Source: an uncultured Pelagibacteraceae bacterium (lineage in GTDB: Bacteria > Pseudomonadota > Alphaproteobacteria > Pelagibacterales > Pelagibacteraceae). From it: 64,000 nucleotides of DNA. Positions within the stretch are counted from its first letter, which is position 1. Each line of letters opens with the position of its first letter. A program made the position numbers and the translations under genes. Below are positions 7,581 through 17,952 of the stretch, piece after piece. The notes below the pieces were generated by a model that saw only the letters and a list, made by a program, of their open reading frames with translations, was not told the DNA's origin and did no database searches. The stretch covers positions 14,860 to 78,859 of the forward strand of contig CACDSN010000004.1 of the NCBI GenBank assembly GCA_902555465.1, given 5' to 3'.

Positions 7581-9527
7581 ATGAATAAAGTCTTGTCTCA
7601 AGCCATTAAAAAAGCTGTCTCAGAATATACTAATAATAATGTAATTAATATTGAAGATAACTCTCAAAAAAGACCAGACTTATTCTCACTTTCAGACAAT
7701 ACAGAACTATTTCAAAATTCAAAAGGTATCACAATCAAGATTGACAGATCTAAAGATGAAAATTTAACTGATTTTGGAAAAGCAACATTAAGTGACAGAT
7801 ATTTGGGTCAAAATGAGTCTTTTCAAGATTTATTTGCGAGAGTTGCAAGTCATTATGCAGATGACAATCTGCATGCTCAAAGATTATATAATTATATTAG
7901 TAATTTATGGTTTATGCCAGCAACTCCTGTTCTGTCTAACGGTGGAACAAAAAGGGGTTTGCCTATCTCATGTTTTTTAAATGAGGCTGGAGATAGTTTA
8001 CATGGAATTTTAGATTTATGGAGTGAAAATGTTTGGCTTGCCGCAAAAGGTGGTGGTATTGGAAGTTATTGGGGAAATTTAAGATCGATTGGAGAAAAAA
8101 TTGGAAGAGTAGGAAAGACTTCCGGAATTATTCCTTTTATAAAAGTTATGGACTCTTTAACAATGGCTATTAGTCAAGGCTCATTAAGAAGAGGGTCTGC
8201 AGCATGTTATCTTCCAATTGATCATCCAGAAATAGAAGAATTTATTGAAATGAGAAGACCAACAGGTGGAGATCCAAATAGAAGATCACTAAATCTACAT
8301 CATGGAGTTCTTGTAAGTGATGCATTTATGAGAGCAGTAGAATTGGATGAACAATGGGCTTTGAAAAGTCCTAAAGATGGAGCAGTCCAGTCAACAGTTT
8401 CAGCCAGAAATTTATGGATACGGCTTTTAACAGCTAGAGTTGAAACTGGCGAACCGTATATAATTTATATTGATACAGTTAATAGACAAATTCCGCAGCA
8501 TCATAAACTTGCTGGCTTAACTGTAAAAACTTCAAACTTATGTAGTGAAATTACTTTACCAACAGGAGTTGATAAAGAAGGCAGAGATAGAACAGCCGTT
8601 TGTTGTTTGTCATCTTTAAATTTAGAAAAATACGATGAATGGAAAGATGATAAAAACTTTGTTAAAGATGTGATGAGATTTTTAGATAATGTATTAACTG
8701 ATTTCATTGAAAGAGCACCAGAAGAATTTAGTGATGCAACTTATTCTGCAATGAAAGAAAGAAGTGTAGGTTTGGGAGTTATGGGAATGCACTCCTATTT
8801 TCAGCAAAAAATGATACCTTTCGAGTCAGTAATGGCTAAAGTTTGGAATAAAAAAATATTCAAAAATATTCAAGAACAAGTTGATCAAGCATCTAAAGAT
8901 TTAGCGGAAGAAAGAGGTCCTTGCCCAGACGCTTCTGAGTATGGTATAAATGAAAGATTTTCAAATAAAACTGCAATTGCACCCACTGCCTCAATATCAA
9001 TTATTTGTGGTGGCGCATCTCCAGGGGTTGAACCAATAGCAGCAAATAGTTATACTCATAAAACTCTTTCAGGCTCATTTAATGTTAGAAATAAATATCT
9101 TGCTAAACTTTTAGATAAACATTCTAAAAATGACGATGAGACATGGTCAGGTATAACTACTAATCAAGGGTCTGTATCACATCTTGATTTCTTAACTCAA
9201 GAGGAAAAAGATGTATTTAAAACAGCTTTTGAACTAGACCAAAGGTGGATAATTGATTTAGGTGCTGACAGGACACCTTATATATCTCAAGCTCAATCAA
9301 TAAATATATTCATACCTGCAGATATTCATAAAAGAGACTTACATCAAATTCATTTTCAAGCTTGGAAAAAAGGGTTGAAAAGCCTTTATTATTGTAGATC
9401 CAAATCAATACAAAGAGCTGAAAATGTAAATGATACAAAATCAACGGATGTTACATCCAATGTCTATAAATCAAAAAACACTAAAAATGAACAACCAGAA
9501 TACGAGGAGTGCTTATCATGTCAGTAG
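7581..9527 (+). CDS. nrdA: class I ribonucleoside-diphosphate reductase, alpha subunit (no N-terminal ATP-cone)
   Basis: 648 aa. It has the NLCSEI catalytic-Cys motif and a C-terminal redox Cys pair (ECLSCQ), and is followed by nrdB. No VxKRDG ATP-cone motif is visible at the N-terminus. Confidence 0.9.
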   Translation: MNKVLSQAIKKAVSEYTNNNVINIEDNSQKRPDLFSLSDNTELFQNSKGITIKIDRSKDENLTDFGKATLSDRYLGQNESFQDLFARVASHYADDNLHAQRLYNYISNLWFMPATPVLSNGGTKRGLPISCFLNEAGDSLHGILDLWSENVWLAAKGGGIGSYWGNLRSIGEKIGRVGKTSGIIPFIKVMDSLTMAISQGSLRRGSAACYLPIDHPEIEEFIEMRRPTGGDPNRRSLNLHHGVLVSDAFMRAVELDEQWALKSPKDGAVQSTVSARNLWIRLLTARVETGEPYIIYIDTVNRQIPQHHKLAGLTVKTSNLCSEITLPTGVDKEGRDRTAVCCLSSLNLEKYDEWKDDKNFVKDVMRFLDNVLTDFIERAPEEFSDATYSAMKERSVGLGVMGMHSYFQQKMIPFESVMAKVWNKKIFKNIQEQVDQASKDLAEERGPCPDASEYGINERFSNKTAIAPTASISIICGGASPGVEPIAANSYTHKTLSGSFNVRNKYLAKLLDKHSKNDDETWSGITTNQGSVSHLDFLTQEEKDVFKTAFELDQRWIIDLGADRTPYISQAQSINIFIPADIHKRDLHQIHFQAWKKGLKSLYYCRSKSIQRAENVNDTKSTDVTSNVYKSKNTKNEQPEYEECLSCQ

Positions 9528-10531
9528 AAAGTTTTAAAAAGCAAGATCAAAAAATTATAAAACCAAAAAAAATGGGACTACTTGTTGAAAATCCTGTCTA
9601 TAAGCCATTTAGATATCCTTGGTGTTATGATGCTTGGTTGACTCAACAAAGAATTCATTGGCTTCCAGAGGAAGTCCCTCTAGGAGACGACGTAAGAGAC
9701 TGGCAAAAAAACTTGTCTCAAGCTGAGAAAAACTTACTAACTCAAATATTCAGATTTTTTACTCAAGCTGATGTTGAAGTTAATAACTGTTATTTGAGAC
9801 ATTACACTACAGTATTTAAACCCACCGAAGTTTTAATGATGATGACATCGTTTGCGTCCATGGAAACCGTTCATATTGCAGCGTATTCACATCTTTTAGA
9901 TACTATCGGTATGCCCGAGTCTGAATATTCAGCGTTTATGAAATATAAAGAAATGAAAGATAAATATGATTATATGCAAAACTTTAATGTAAATTCTAAA
10001 GAGGATATAGCAAAGACAGTTGCAGTATTCAGTGCTTTTACAGAGGGTTTACAATTATTTGCAAGTTTTGCAATTTTATTAAACTTTCCAAGATTTAACA
10101 AAATGAAAGGCATGGGTCAGATTGTAACCTGGTCAGTAAGAGATGAAACATTGCATTGTAATTCAATGATTAGGCTATTCAAAGAATTTATAAAAGAAAA
10201 CCCAGAAATTTGGACTCCTCAACTCAAAAAAGAATTATACGAAGCTTGCAGAACTATAGTTCATCATGAGGATGCATTTATCGATTTAGCTTTTGAAATG
10301 GGACCAATGAATGGTCTAACGGCCCAAGAGGTTAAAGATTATATTAGATTTATTGGCAATAGAAGATTATCTCAATTAGGTCTAGAACCAATTTATGATG
10401 TACAAAAAAATCCATTAACATGGCTTGATACCATGCTGAATGCAGTTGAACATATGAACTTTTTCGAAGGTAGAGCGACCGAATATTCAAAAGCTTCTAC
10501 CCAAGGATCTTGGACAGAGGCATTCAGTTAA
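9518..10531 (+). CDS. nrdB: class I ribonucleoside-diphosphate reductase, beta subunit
   Basis: Ferritin-like di-iron motifs are present. ASMETVHIAAY carries the Glu, His and radical Tyr at E. coli-like spacing. The track ORF starts at a GTG at 9509. I prefer the ATG at 9518, 8 nt after a GAGGAG Shine-Dalgarno; it overlaps the nrdA end by 10 nt. Confidence 0.9.
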   Translation: MSVESFKKQDQKIIKPKKMGLLVENPVYKPFRYPWCYDAWLTQQRIHWLPEEVPLGDDVRDWQKNLSQAEKNLLTQIFRFFTQADVEVNNCYLRHYTTVFKPTEVLMMMTSFASMETVHIAAYSHLLDTIGMPESEYSAFMKYKEMKDKYDYMQNFNVNSKEDIAKTVAVFSAFTEGLQLFASFAILLNFPRFNKMKGMGQIVTWSVRDETLHCNSMIRLFKEFIKENPEIWTPQLKKELYEACRTIVHHEDAFIDLAFEMGPMNGLTAQEVKDYIRFIGNRRLSQLGLEPIYDVQKNPLTWLDTMLNAVEHMNFFEGRATEYSKASTQGSWTEAFS

Positions 10532-10545
10532 TTTTTTAGTTGTAA

Positions 10546-11169
10546 ATGAAAGACTTTGGTCTTGTTGTAATTGGAGCACATTTTGGTGTTTGGTTACAAA
10601 ACGAGATATCAAACTATAAAGACCAAAATATTCTTCTAATAGAACCTGTACCTTACAATTATAATATTTTGAAAAAAAATTATAAAGACAGGAAAAATAT
10701 ATTAATCTGCACTAATGCCATATTTTCAGAAAATAAGAATGAAAAATTTTTTTATGTAAAAGAAAATTCAATAGCAAAACTAGGAAAACATTGGGCGAGT
10801 GGTATTGGATCGTTTAATAAGAATCATATTTTAGCCCACAGAACTAAAAGATTTAAAATTGAAGAAAGTGATATTGAAACTATTGAAATTGAATTTATAA
10901 ATTTTAATACTTTAGTAAATAAATATGAAATTAAATCTATAGAAAAATTACAAATCGATGTTGAAGGTGCAGAATATAACATTATTAATTCTATCGATTT
11001 TAAAAAAATTAATATTAAAAATATTCTGTTCGAATCAAAGCATTTTGATGGAACATTCAAAGAAGGTGAAAAATTAGAACTAATAAAGAAAAAACTAATA
11101 TCCTATGGTTATAAATTAACCAAGCTTGATGATGAAAATATTTTAGCTGAAAAATTATCTTTGATTTAG
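10546..11169 (+). CDS. FkbM-family SAM-dependent methyltransferase
   Basis: 207 aa. The N-terminal VVIGAHFG segment and the LQIDVEGAEYNII segment resemble the FkbM family (Methyltransf_21). The 3' end overlaps the convergent prpC by 15 nt. Confidence 0.6.
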   Translation: MKDFGLVVIGAHFGVWLQNEISNYKDQNILLIEPVPYNYNILKKNYKDRKNILICTNAIFSENKNEKFFYVKENSIAKLGKHWASGIGSFNKNHILAHRTKRFKIEESDIETIEIEFINFNTLVNKYEIKSIEKLQIDVEGAEYNIINSIDFKKINIKNILFESKHFDGTFKEGEKLELIKKKLISYGYKLTKLDDENILAEKLSLI

Positions 11170-12279
11170 TCTAACTACTTTTCTATGCTGATTACCTTTG
11201 TACTTAGCAAGCGGCCTAATTAACTTGTTTGCCGCATGCTGTTCAATAATATGAGCTGACCAACCAGTAATTCTTGAAATCACAAAAATAGGTGTAAAAA
11301 AATCAGTATCAAAGCCCATTAGATGATATGTTGGGCCCGTTGGATAGTCTACATTGGGGTGAATATTTTTTCTTTCGATCATAACTTTCTCAACGATATT
11401 GTAAATTTTTTCAAATTTTTTGTCTTTTTTCAATCTAGCTACTTTTCCAAAATATTCTCGCATTGTTGGAACTCGTGAATCTCCACTTTTATAAACCCTA
11501 TGTCCAAACCCCATTACAACATCTTTATTATCTAAGGCTTTATTAATCCATTTAAATGCATATTCTGGTTTTTTAATTTTATTCATCATATGCATTACTT
11601 CTTCATTGGCTCCTCCATGAAGTGGTCCCTTTAGGCTTGCTATAGCTCCTGTTATTGCTCCATGGATATCTGATAAGCTACTTGTAATAGTCCTAGCTGT
11701 AAATGTTGAGACATTAAAACTATGCTCAGCATATAAAATTAATGATACATCGAAAGCTTTAACTATTTCTTTATCTGGCACTTTTCCAAAACACATATGA
11801 AAGAAATTTTCAGAAAATGATAAATTTTTCTTTGGTGGAATAATTTTTTTTCCTTTTCTCACTCTATAAAAGGCAGCAAGAGCAACTGGTGTTTTAGCAA
11901 ATATTCTCATTACCTTTCTCATATTTGCAGTTGGTGAATTATCTTTAGTCTCTTTATCCTCAAGACCCATTATACTGACGGTAGTTCTAGCCACATCCAT
12001 TGGATGAGCATTCCTTGGAAATCTCCTGATGTCTTGAAGTAAGGTATTTGAAAGTTTCCTTTCCTTACGTTCTTGATTTTCAAATTTTTTAAGCTGACTT
12101 TTATTTGGAAGTTCTCCATTCAAAATTAAATAAGCAACTTCTTCAAACTTACATTTTGCACATAAATCTTGAGCAGCGTAACCTCTGTATGTTAAAGAAT
12201 TAATTTCAGGCATAACTTTAGAAACTTCAGTCTCATCAACAACAATTCCCAATAACCCTTTTTTTATTTCATCACTCAT
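11155..12279 (-). CDS. prpC: 2-methylcitrate synthase (citrate synthase family)
   Basis: 374 aa. Citrate-synthase motifs LHGGANE and GFGHRVYK, in an operon with prpB and prpD. Confidence 0.85.
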   Translation of the reverse strand: MSDEIKKGLLGIVVDETEVSKVMPEINSLTYRGYAAQDLCAKCKFEEVAYLILNGELPNKSQLKKFENQERKERKLSNTLLQDIRRFPRNAHPMDVARTTVSIMGLEDKETKDNSPTANMRKVMRIFAKTPVALAAFYRVRKGKKIIPPKKNLSFSENFFHMCFGKVPDKEIVKAFDVSLILYAEHSFNVSTFTARTITSSLSDIHGAITGAIASLKGPLHGGANEEVMHMMNKIKKPEYAFKWINKALDNKDVVMGFGHRVYKSGDSRVPTMREYFGKVARLKKDKKFEKIYNIVEKVMIERKNIHPNVDYPTGPTYHLMGFDTDFFTPIFVISRITGWSAHIIEQHAANKLIRPLAKYKGNQHRKVVRLNQR

Positions 12280-13175
12280 TATTCATGTCCATCGGTGTTA
12301 AAATTATATATTTTTTCGTCTAGTGAATTATATTTTTCATAATCAACTAAATCATATAATCTTTTTCTAGTTTGCATTTTATCAATTATATTATTTTGAT
12401 GTCCATCAGTAAAAATAGCACGCAGTCCATCTTCTACATTTTTCATCGCTAATCTTTGGGTGGTTACAGGGTATAAAACAATATTATATCCCAAATTTTC
12501 CAACTCTTGATAATTCAATAACTTAGATTTACCAAACTCCGTCATATTAGCCAACAAATATGAACTAAGTGATTTTCTTACTTTTTCAAACTCTTTCTCA
12601 TTCTTTAATGCTTCTGGAAAAATAATCTCAGCACCAGCATCTATATATGATTTACATCTATCAATCATTTTATCTAAGCCTTCAACAGATTTAGCATCAG
12701 ATCTAGCAATGACTTTAAAATTTTTATCCTTTTTTGCATTCACACATTCTTTGATTTTTTTTAACATTTTTTCGGTTGAAATTAATTCTTTATTTTCAAG
12801 ATGACCACATCTCTTTCTTGCAATTTGATCCTCTATATGAATTGCAGTAATTCCGTAATTTTCTAAAGTTTCAATTGTTTCTTTACAAGATTTAAAACCT
12901 GTGTCTATATCAACAATAGTCGGTAGATTTGTAACTCTCGCTATTTGATTTGATCTATTACTCACATCTTTTAAAGTTGTTAAACCAATATCTGGATAAC
13001 CTAAATCATTAGACATAACACCTCCAGATACATAAACTGCATCATAACCTATCTCTTCTATAAGTTTTGCTGTAAGTGGATTATAAGCACCCGGGACTCT
13101 TAAAATTTTATTAGAATTTAACTTTTTATTAAAATCAATTCTTTTATCCTCAGGTTTTTTTTTAACAAAATGCAT
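12279..13175 (-). CDS. prpB: methylisocitrate lyase
   Basis: 298 aa in the isocitrate lyase/PEP mutase family. The KRCGH active-site loop is present (EDQIARKRCGHLENK). Start and stop are coupled to the neighbouring genes. Confidence 0.9.
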   Translation of the reverse strand: MHFVKKKPEDKRIDFNKKLNSNKILRVPGAYNPLTAKLIEEIGYDAVYVSGGVMSNDLGYPDIGLTTLKDVSNRSNQIARVTNLPTIVDIDTGFKSCKETIETLENYGITAIHIEDQIARKRCGHLENKELISTEKMLKKIKECVNAKKDKNFKVIARSDAKSVEGLDKMIDRCKSYIDAGAEIIFPEALKNEKEFEKVRKSLSSYLLANMTEFGKSKLLNYQELENLGYNIVLYPVTTQRLAMKNVEDGLRAIFTDGHQNNIIDKMQTRKRLYDLVDYEKYNSLDEKIYNFNTDGHE

Positions 13176-14680
13176 TAAAAAATAGATTTTCTATTATTTC
13201 TTTTTAATTTTTTATTACTTACTTCAATGTTTAGTTTATGTAGCTGCCCATTTTTTATTTTCCGCAAGTTTTGAACTGTTTTTAAAAATCTTTCACTTTC
13301 TTTTTTTGATATTATTTTATTCGTAAGAATTTTAAATTTTTTTATATAATTTTTTCTTTTGAATGGCCTTTTTCCATTAGGATGTGCGTCTGCTCTTTCT
13401 AATTGTTCTGTTATTTTTTCTCCATTTTTTAAAGTTACTATTACCTTTGCTCCAAATGATTTTTTCATTGGGTTAGGATCATGATATTTTCTAGTCCATT
13501 TTTTATCCTCATGAGTCTTAATTGATTTCCATAATTTAATTGTACTATTTCTATTGGATCTTGATTTACTGTATGATTTTTCGTGATGCCAGTCGCCATC
13601 TTCTAAGGCCACAGCAAATATATACATTATTGAGTGATCAAGTGTTTCCCGACTTGCATTTGGATCCATTTTTTGAGGGTCGTTCGCACCTGTTCCAATC
13701 ACATTATGAGTATGATGACTTGTATAAATATCTACTTTTTTAATATATTTTAGATTATTAATTTTTGCTTTAAGTTTTTTTGCAAGATCAATAAGTGCTT
13801 GAGCCTGATATTCTGCCGAATACTCTTTTGTATATGTTTCTAGGATAGCTTTTTTTTTCTCATTTTTTTTTGGTAAGGGCACTTTATATTTTGCTTTCTT
13901 TCCACCAAGTATCCTCGCTATTAAACTATCTTCACCCTCATAAATTGGACTTGGTCCACCTTCACCTCTCATAGCTCTGTCTACAGCTTCAATTCCCAAT
14001 TTTCCAGCATGCGCTGGCGCAAATGCCTTCCAGCTAGATATTTCACCTTTTCTTGATTGTCTCGTTGAAACAGTAATGTGCAAAGCTTGTTGGATCGACT
14101 GGTAAATTGTTTCAGTATTAAGTTTAAGCATCGAACCAATTCCAGCCGCAACACTTGGCCCCAGATGTGCAATATGATCTATTTTATGCCTATGTAAACA
14201 AATTCCTTTAACTAAATTTACCTGCACTTCATACGCAGTAATAATTCCTCTTAATAGATCCATTCCATTTTTTTTTAATTGTTGAGCAACAGCTAAAAGG
14301 GGAGGAATATTATCACCTGGATGACTATAATCTGCAGCTAAAAAAGTATCATGAAAATCAAGTTCCCTTACAGCTGTACCATTGGTCCAAGCTGCCCATT
14401 CACAATCGAATTTCTTTTTTGAATTGATGCCAAATATTGTAGCACCATTTTTTCTAGTATGTGCTAGCGCCATCTCTCTTGAGGAAATAACAGGTTTTCT
14501 GTTTATAGATGCTATTGCAACCGATGCATTGTCAATGATTCTATTAATTACCATGTCAGCAGAATATTTATCAAGTTTTGCGTTATCACTTGCAATCTCT
14601 GCAATCTTCCAAGCTAATTGATTTTTTTTTGGAAGTTTTTTTTTCGATGGATAAACCTTTACTGTATGTAATATCACCAT
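13175..14680 (-). CDS. prpD: 2-methylcitrate dehydratase
   Basis: 501 aa MmgE/PrpD-family protein, first gene of the prpDBC operon, with an AAGGAG Shine-Dalgarno upstream. Confidence 0.9.
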   Translation of the reverse strand: MVILHTVKVYPSKKKLPKKNQLAWKIAEIASDNAKLDKYSADMVINRIIDNASVAIASINRKPVISSREMALAHTRKNGATIFGINSKKKFDCEWAAWTNGTAVRELDFHDTFLAADYSHPGDNIPPLLAVAQQLKKNGMDLLRGIITAYEVQVNLVKGICLHRHKIDHIAHLGPSVAAGIGSMLKLNTETIYQSIQQALHITVSTRQSRKGEISSWKAFAPAHAGKLGIEAVDRAMRGEGGPSPIYEGEDSLIARILGGKKAKYKVPLPKKNEKKKAILETYTKEYSAEYQAQALIDLAKKLKAKINNLKYIKKVDIYTSHHTHNVIGTGANDPQKMDPNASRETLDHSIMYIFAVALEDGDWHHEKSYSKSRSNRNSTIKLWKSIKTHEDKKWTRKYHDPNPMKKSFGAKVIVTLKNGEKITEQLERADAHPNGKRPFKRKNYIKKFKILTNKIISKKESERFLKTVQNLRKIKNGQLHKLNIEVSNKKLKRNNRKSIF

Positions 14681-14697
14681 TACTCCTTTCGGGTAAT

Positions 14698-14726
14698 TAT
14701 TTACAGCTAGCTTAAAGTTTAATCAA
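14698..14726 (-). promoter_or_regulatory. candidate prp operon promoter with an AGCTAGCT palindrome in the spacer
   Basis: Minus strand: TTGATT (14726-14721), 17-nt spacer, TAAATA (14703-14698). The 8-bp palindrome AGCTAGCT sits at 14705-14712. The -10 match is weak. Confidence 0.3.
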
Positions 14727-14728
14727 TA

Positions 14729-15418
14729 TTAATGATTGAGATATTTCATTATAATTGCCTCAATACCTACAAAATCTTTAATTAAATGGTCATGATGTAT
14801 TTCTGATGTTTTTTTTTCAGTATATCCATTTTCTAGTAGTATAAAAGGAACACCAGCAGATTTAGCAGTTTCAGCATCGGTTTCACTATCACCAATCATT
14901 ATAGATTTTTTTATATCTCCCTGCATAATTTCTATAATATTAGTTAAATGTCTTGGATCTGGTTTGCAAAAATCAAATGTATTACTTCCAGCAATATATT
15001 CAAAGTAATGATTAATTTTTAATTTTTTTAACAAATCAACAGACAAGTAGTCCTGTTTGTTTGTGCATACTCCCAAGGATATATTATTTTTCCTACACCA
15101 TTTTAGAAAATCTTCAGCACCATTTATAATTTTACTTTCAACACAAATATTTTTTGTATAGTAATCTAAAAATTCATTTACCATATTCTTTTTAAGGGTT
15201 TCATTATTTATTTTTTTGAAGTTTTCTTGTGCCTGTCCCCAAACAGATCTTGTGATTAAAGAATTTGCACCTTTGCCAACTAATTTTTTTATATCCTTGG
15301 ATTTTTTTGATACAAAACCATACTTGGCCATAACGTGATTGTGAGCATTAATCAAATCAGGCGCTGTTTCTACCAGAGTTCCATCCAGATCGAATATAAC
15401 TGTTAATTTTTGACTCAT
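14729..15418 (-). CDS. gph: HAD-superfamily hydrolase, phosphoglycolate phosphatase-like
   Basis: 229 aa. HAD motif I is VIFDLDGTLVETAPDL and motif IV is MIGDSETD. Confidence 0.7.
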   Translation of the reverse strand: MSQKLTVIFDLDGTLVETAPDLINAHNHVMAKYGFVSKKSKDIKKLVGKGANSLITRSVWGQAQENFKKINNETLKKNMVNEFLDYYTKNICVESKIINGAEDFLKWCRKNNISLGVCTNKQDYLSVDLLKKLKINHYFEYIAGSNTFDFCKPDPRHLTNIIEIMQGDIKKSIMIGDSETDAETAKSAGVPFILLENGYTEKKTSEIHHDHLIKDFVGIEAIIMKYLNH

Positions 15419-15487
15419 TTTTAAAGTATTAATAAGAAATAATTTGTGACTTAATTATATCATTTACTTAAATATATATAATTTTAT

Positions 15488-16096
15488 ATGAAGCAAGAAA
15501 TAATTCAAAAAAAATTAAGATATAAATTTTTAAAACAGGGGGTAAAAATGGTATCTCCTGAAACCATTTTTTTTTCTAATAAAACCAAAATAGGTAAAAA
15601 TGTTTTAATAGAACCTTATGTTGTTTTTATAGGAAATGTAATCTTGAAAAATAATATAACTATAAAATCTTTTTCTCATTTAGAAGATGTGAAAGTTGAA
15701 AATAATGTCTCTATTGGTCCATATGCAAGACTTAGACCTGGAACCATTTTAAGCGAAGGATCTAAAGTTGGAAATTTTGTAGAAATTAAAAAAAGTAAAA
15801 TTGGAAAACATTCAAAAGTAAACCATCTGTCATATGTTGGAGATGCCAGCTTAGGAAAAAATGTAAACATAGGAGCTGGAACTATAACTTGCAATTATGA
15901 TGGTATTAAAAAACATAAAACTTCAATAAAAGATAAAGTTTTTATTGGATCAAATACATCTCTTGTAGCCCCCATTACTATTGAAGAAAAAAGTATTGTA
16001 GGCGCAGGATCGGTCATAACAAAAAAAGTAAATAAAAATACATTGGCTTTAACAAGATCAAACCAAGTAGAAATTAAAAATTATAAAAAAAAATAA
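15488..16096 (+). CDS. glmU: stand-alone GlmU-like acetyltransferase (left-handed beta-helix) domain; no uridyltransferase domain
   Basis: 202 aa. It aligns by eye to the C-terminal ~230 residues of E. coli GlmU (GPYARLRPG, GNFVEIKKS, NIGAGTITCNYDG, K.KT.I.D.VF.GS...LVAP). Only 69 nt of non-coding sequence lie upstream, and it directly abuts glmS. Confidence 0.75.
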   Translation: MKQEIIQKKLRYKFLKQGVKMVSPETIFFSNKTKIGKNVLIEPYVVFIGNVILKNNITIKSFSHLEDVKVENNVSIGPYARLRPGTILSEGSKVGNFVEIKKSKIGKHSKVNHLSYVGDASLGKNVNIGAGTITCNYDGIKKHKTSIKDKVFIGSNTSLVAPITIEEKSIVGAGSVITKKVNKNTLALTRSNQVEIKNYKKK

Positions 16097-17917
16097 ATGT
16101 GTGGAATTGTAGGAATTACTAGTTCAAAAAATGTTTCGAACTCAATACTTAATTCTTTGAGAAAATTAGAGTATAGAGGTTACGACTCTGCTGGCATTGC
16201 AACTTTAGAAAGAGGTTTCATTAAGGAAGTTAAATGTGAAGGTAGAGTAGACGCCCTAGAAAATAGTCTTTCAAAACAAAGTTTAGAAGGAAACGTTGGC
16301 ATAGGTCATGTTAGATGGGCCACGCATGGAGTACCAAGTACAATAAATGCTCATCCACATTCTTCAGATAAAGTTTCTGTAGTACATAATGGGATAGTTG
16401 AAAATTCAACAATTCTAAAAAAACTTTTGATGAAAAAAGGATATGTATTTAAATCTCAAACAGATACAGAAGTTATTGTTCATTTAATTACAGAATATCT
16501 AAAAAAATACGATTTAAAAAATTCAATTATTAAAATGCTTAAAAGGGTTCATGGAAGTTTTGCATTAGGCATAATATTTCAAGATCAACCAGATTTAATT
16601 GTTGGCGCAAGAAGAGGTTCGCCTCTTGCTGTAGGTTATGGACCAAATGAAAATTATTTAGGCTCTGACTCCTATGCCTTGAAATCAATGACTAATAAAA
16701 TCACTTATCTAGATGACAGTGAATTTTGTATAATTAAAAAAGATAATGTTGAATTTTATGATGAAAAAGGAAAAAAAATAAATAAAAAAATTTTAGAACT
16801 TTCAAAAAATGACAAAGAATATGAAAAAGGTGATTATAAACATTTTATGGCAAAAGAAATTGATGAACAACCGACTACTATTAAAAATTGTATAAATGAA
16901 TACATAGACAAAATTAGTAATTCTATAAATATTTATAATTTTCCCTGGAAGGCTTCAGAAATATCTTCAATACTTTTAATAGGTTGTGGTACAGCGTATC
17001 ACTCTTGTTTAATGGGCAAATATTGGTTTGAACAACATACTAGCTTTGATGTAAATGTAGATATAGCCTCTGAATTTAGATATCGAAAAAACAAGTTTAA
17101 AAAAGATTGTCTTTATATTTTTGTATCACAATCTGGAGAAACAGCAGATACATACGCAGCATTAGACTTATGTAACAGAAATAATGTTAAAACATGCTCT
17201 ATTATTAATGTAGTAGAAAGCTCTATAGCTAGAGTTTCTAACTTTGTTTTACCCATACATTGTGGTCCAGAAATTGGTGTTGCTTCTACAAAAGCATTTT
17301 TAGGTCAGCTGTTAGTTCTGTATATTCTGTGTCTAAAATTATCTTTTGATAGAAAAGAAATAGACAAAAAGATTTTTAAATTAAAAGTTAAATCCTTATT
17401 GGAATTGTCAAAAAATGTAAAAAAAACTCTTTTAACAGAGGACCAAATTCAATTAGTTTGTAAAAGTTTTGTTGATGCAAAAGGTTCGATGTTCTTAGGA
17501 AGAGGTTTTTCTTATCCTATAGCATTAGAAGGAGCACTTAAATTGAAAGAGTTAGCATATGTACATGCAGAAGGATACCCAGCTGGTGAGATGAAACATG
17601 GGCCTTTAGCTTTAATTGAAGATGGGATGCCAGTTGTTGTTTTAGCTCCAAGAGATGAATATTTCAAAAAAACAATTTCAAATATGCAAGAAGTAATTGC
17701 GCGTGGAGCCAAAGTTCTTTTGATTACAAATAAAAGTAAAGATGAAATAGTTCATGAAAATATTTGGCAATCTATAAAAGTAGAAAATACAAATGATGAT
17801 TTATTGCCTTTTTTAATTACAATTCCATTACAAAAACTTGCTTACCATTCTGCGCTAAATAAAGGTTATGATATAGATAAACCAAGAAATTTAGCAAAAT
17901 CTGTCACTGTTGAATAA
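16097..17917 (+). CDS. glmS: glutamine--fructose-6-phosphate aminotransferase (isomerizing)
   Basis: 606 aa. N-terminal MCGIVG nucleophile, two SIS domains, and C-terminal KSVTVE. Confidence 0.95.
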   Translation: MCGIVGITSSKNVSNSILNSLRKLEYRGYDSAGIATLERGFIKEVKCEGRVDALENSLSKQSLEGNVGIGHVRWATHGVPSTINAHPHSSDKVSVVHNGIVENSTILKKLLMKKGYVFKSQTDTEVIVHLITEYLKKYDLKNSIIKMLKRVHGSFALGIIFQDQPDLIVGARRGSPLAVGYGPNENYLGSDSYALKSMTNKITYLDDSEFCIIKKDNVEFYDEKGKKINKKILELSKNDKEYEKGDYKHFMAKEIDEQPTTIKNCINEYIDKISNSINIYNFPWKASEISSILLIGCGTAYHSCLMGKYWFEQHTSFDVNVDIASEFRYRKNKFKKDCLYIFVSQSGETADTYAALDLCNRNNVKTCSIINVVESSIARVSNFVLPIHCGPEIGVASTKAFLGQLLVLYILCLKLSFDRKEIDKKIFKLKVKSLLELSKNVKKTLLTEDQIQLVCKSFVDAKGSMFLGRGFSYPIALEGALKLKELAYVHAEGYPAGEMKHGPLALIEDGMPVVVLAPRDEYFKKTISNMQEVIARGAKVLLITNKSKDEIVHENIWQSIKVENTNDDLLPFLITIPLQKLAYHSALNKGYDIDKPRNLAKSVTVE

Positions 17918-17952
17918 TTGATAAACTCTGTTAAAACAATTTCAAGTTGAAT

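Noticed and set aside
16040-16100. glmS ribozyme or other riboswitch ahead of glmS
   Set aside because: The glmS ATG directly follows the stop of the upstream gene (0-nt spacer), so there is no room for a structured leader.
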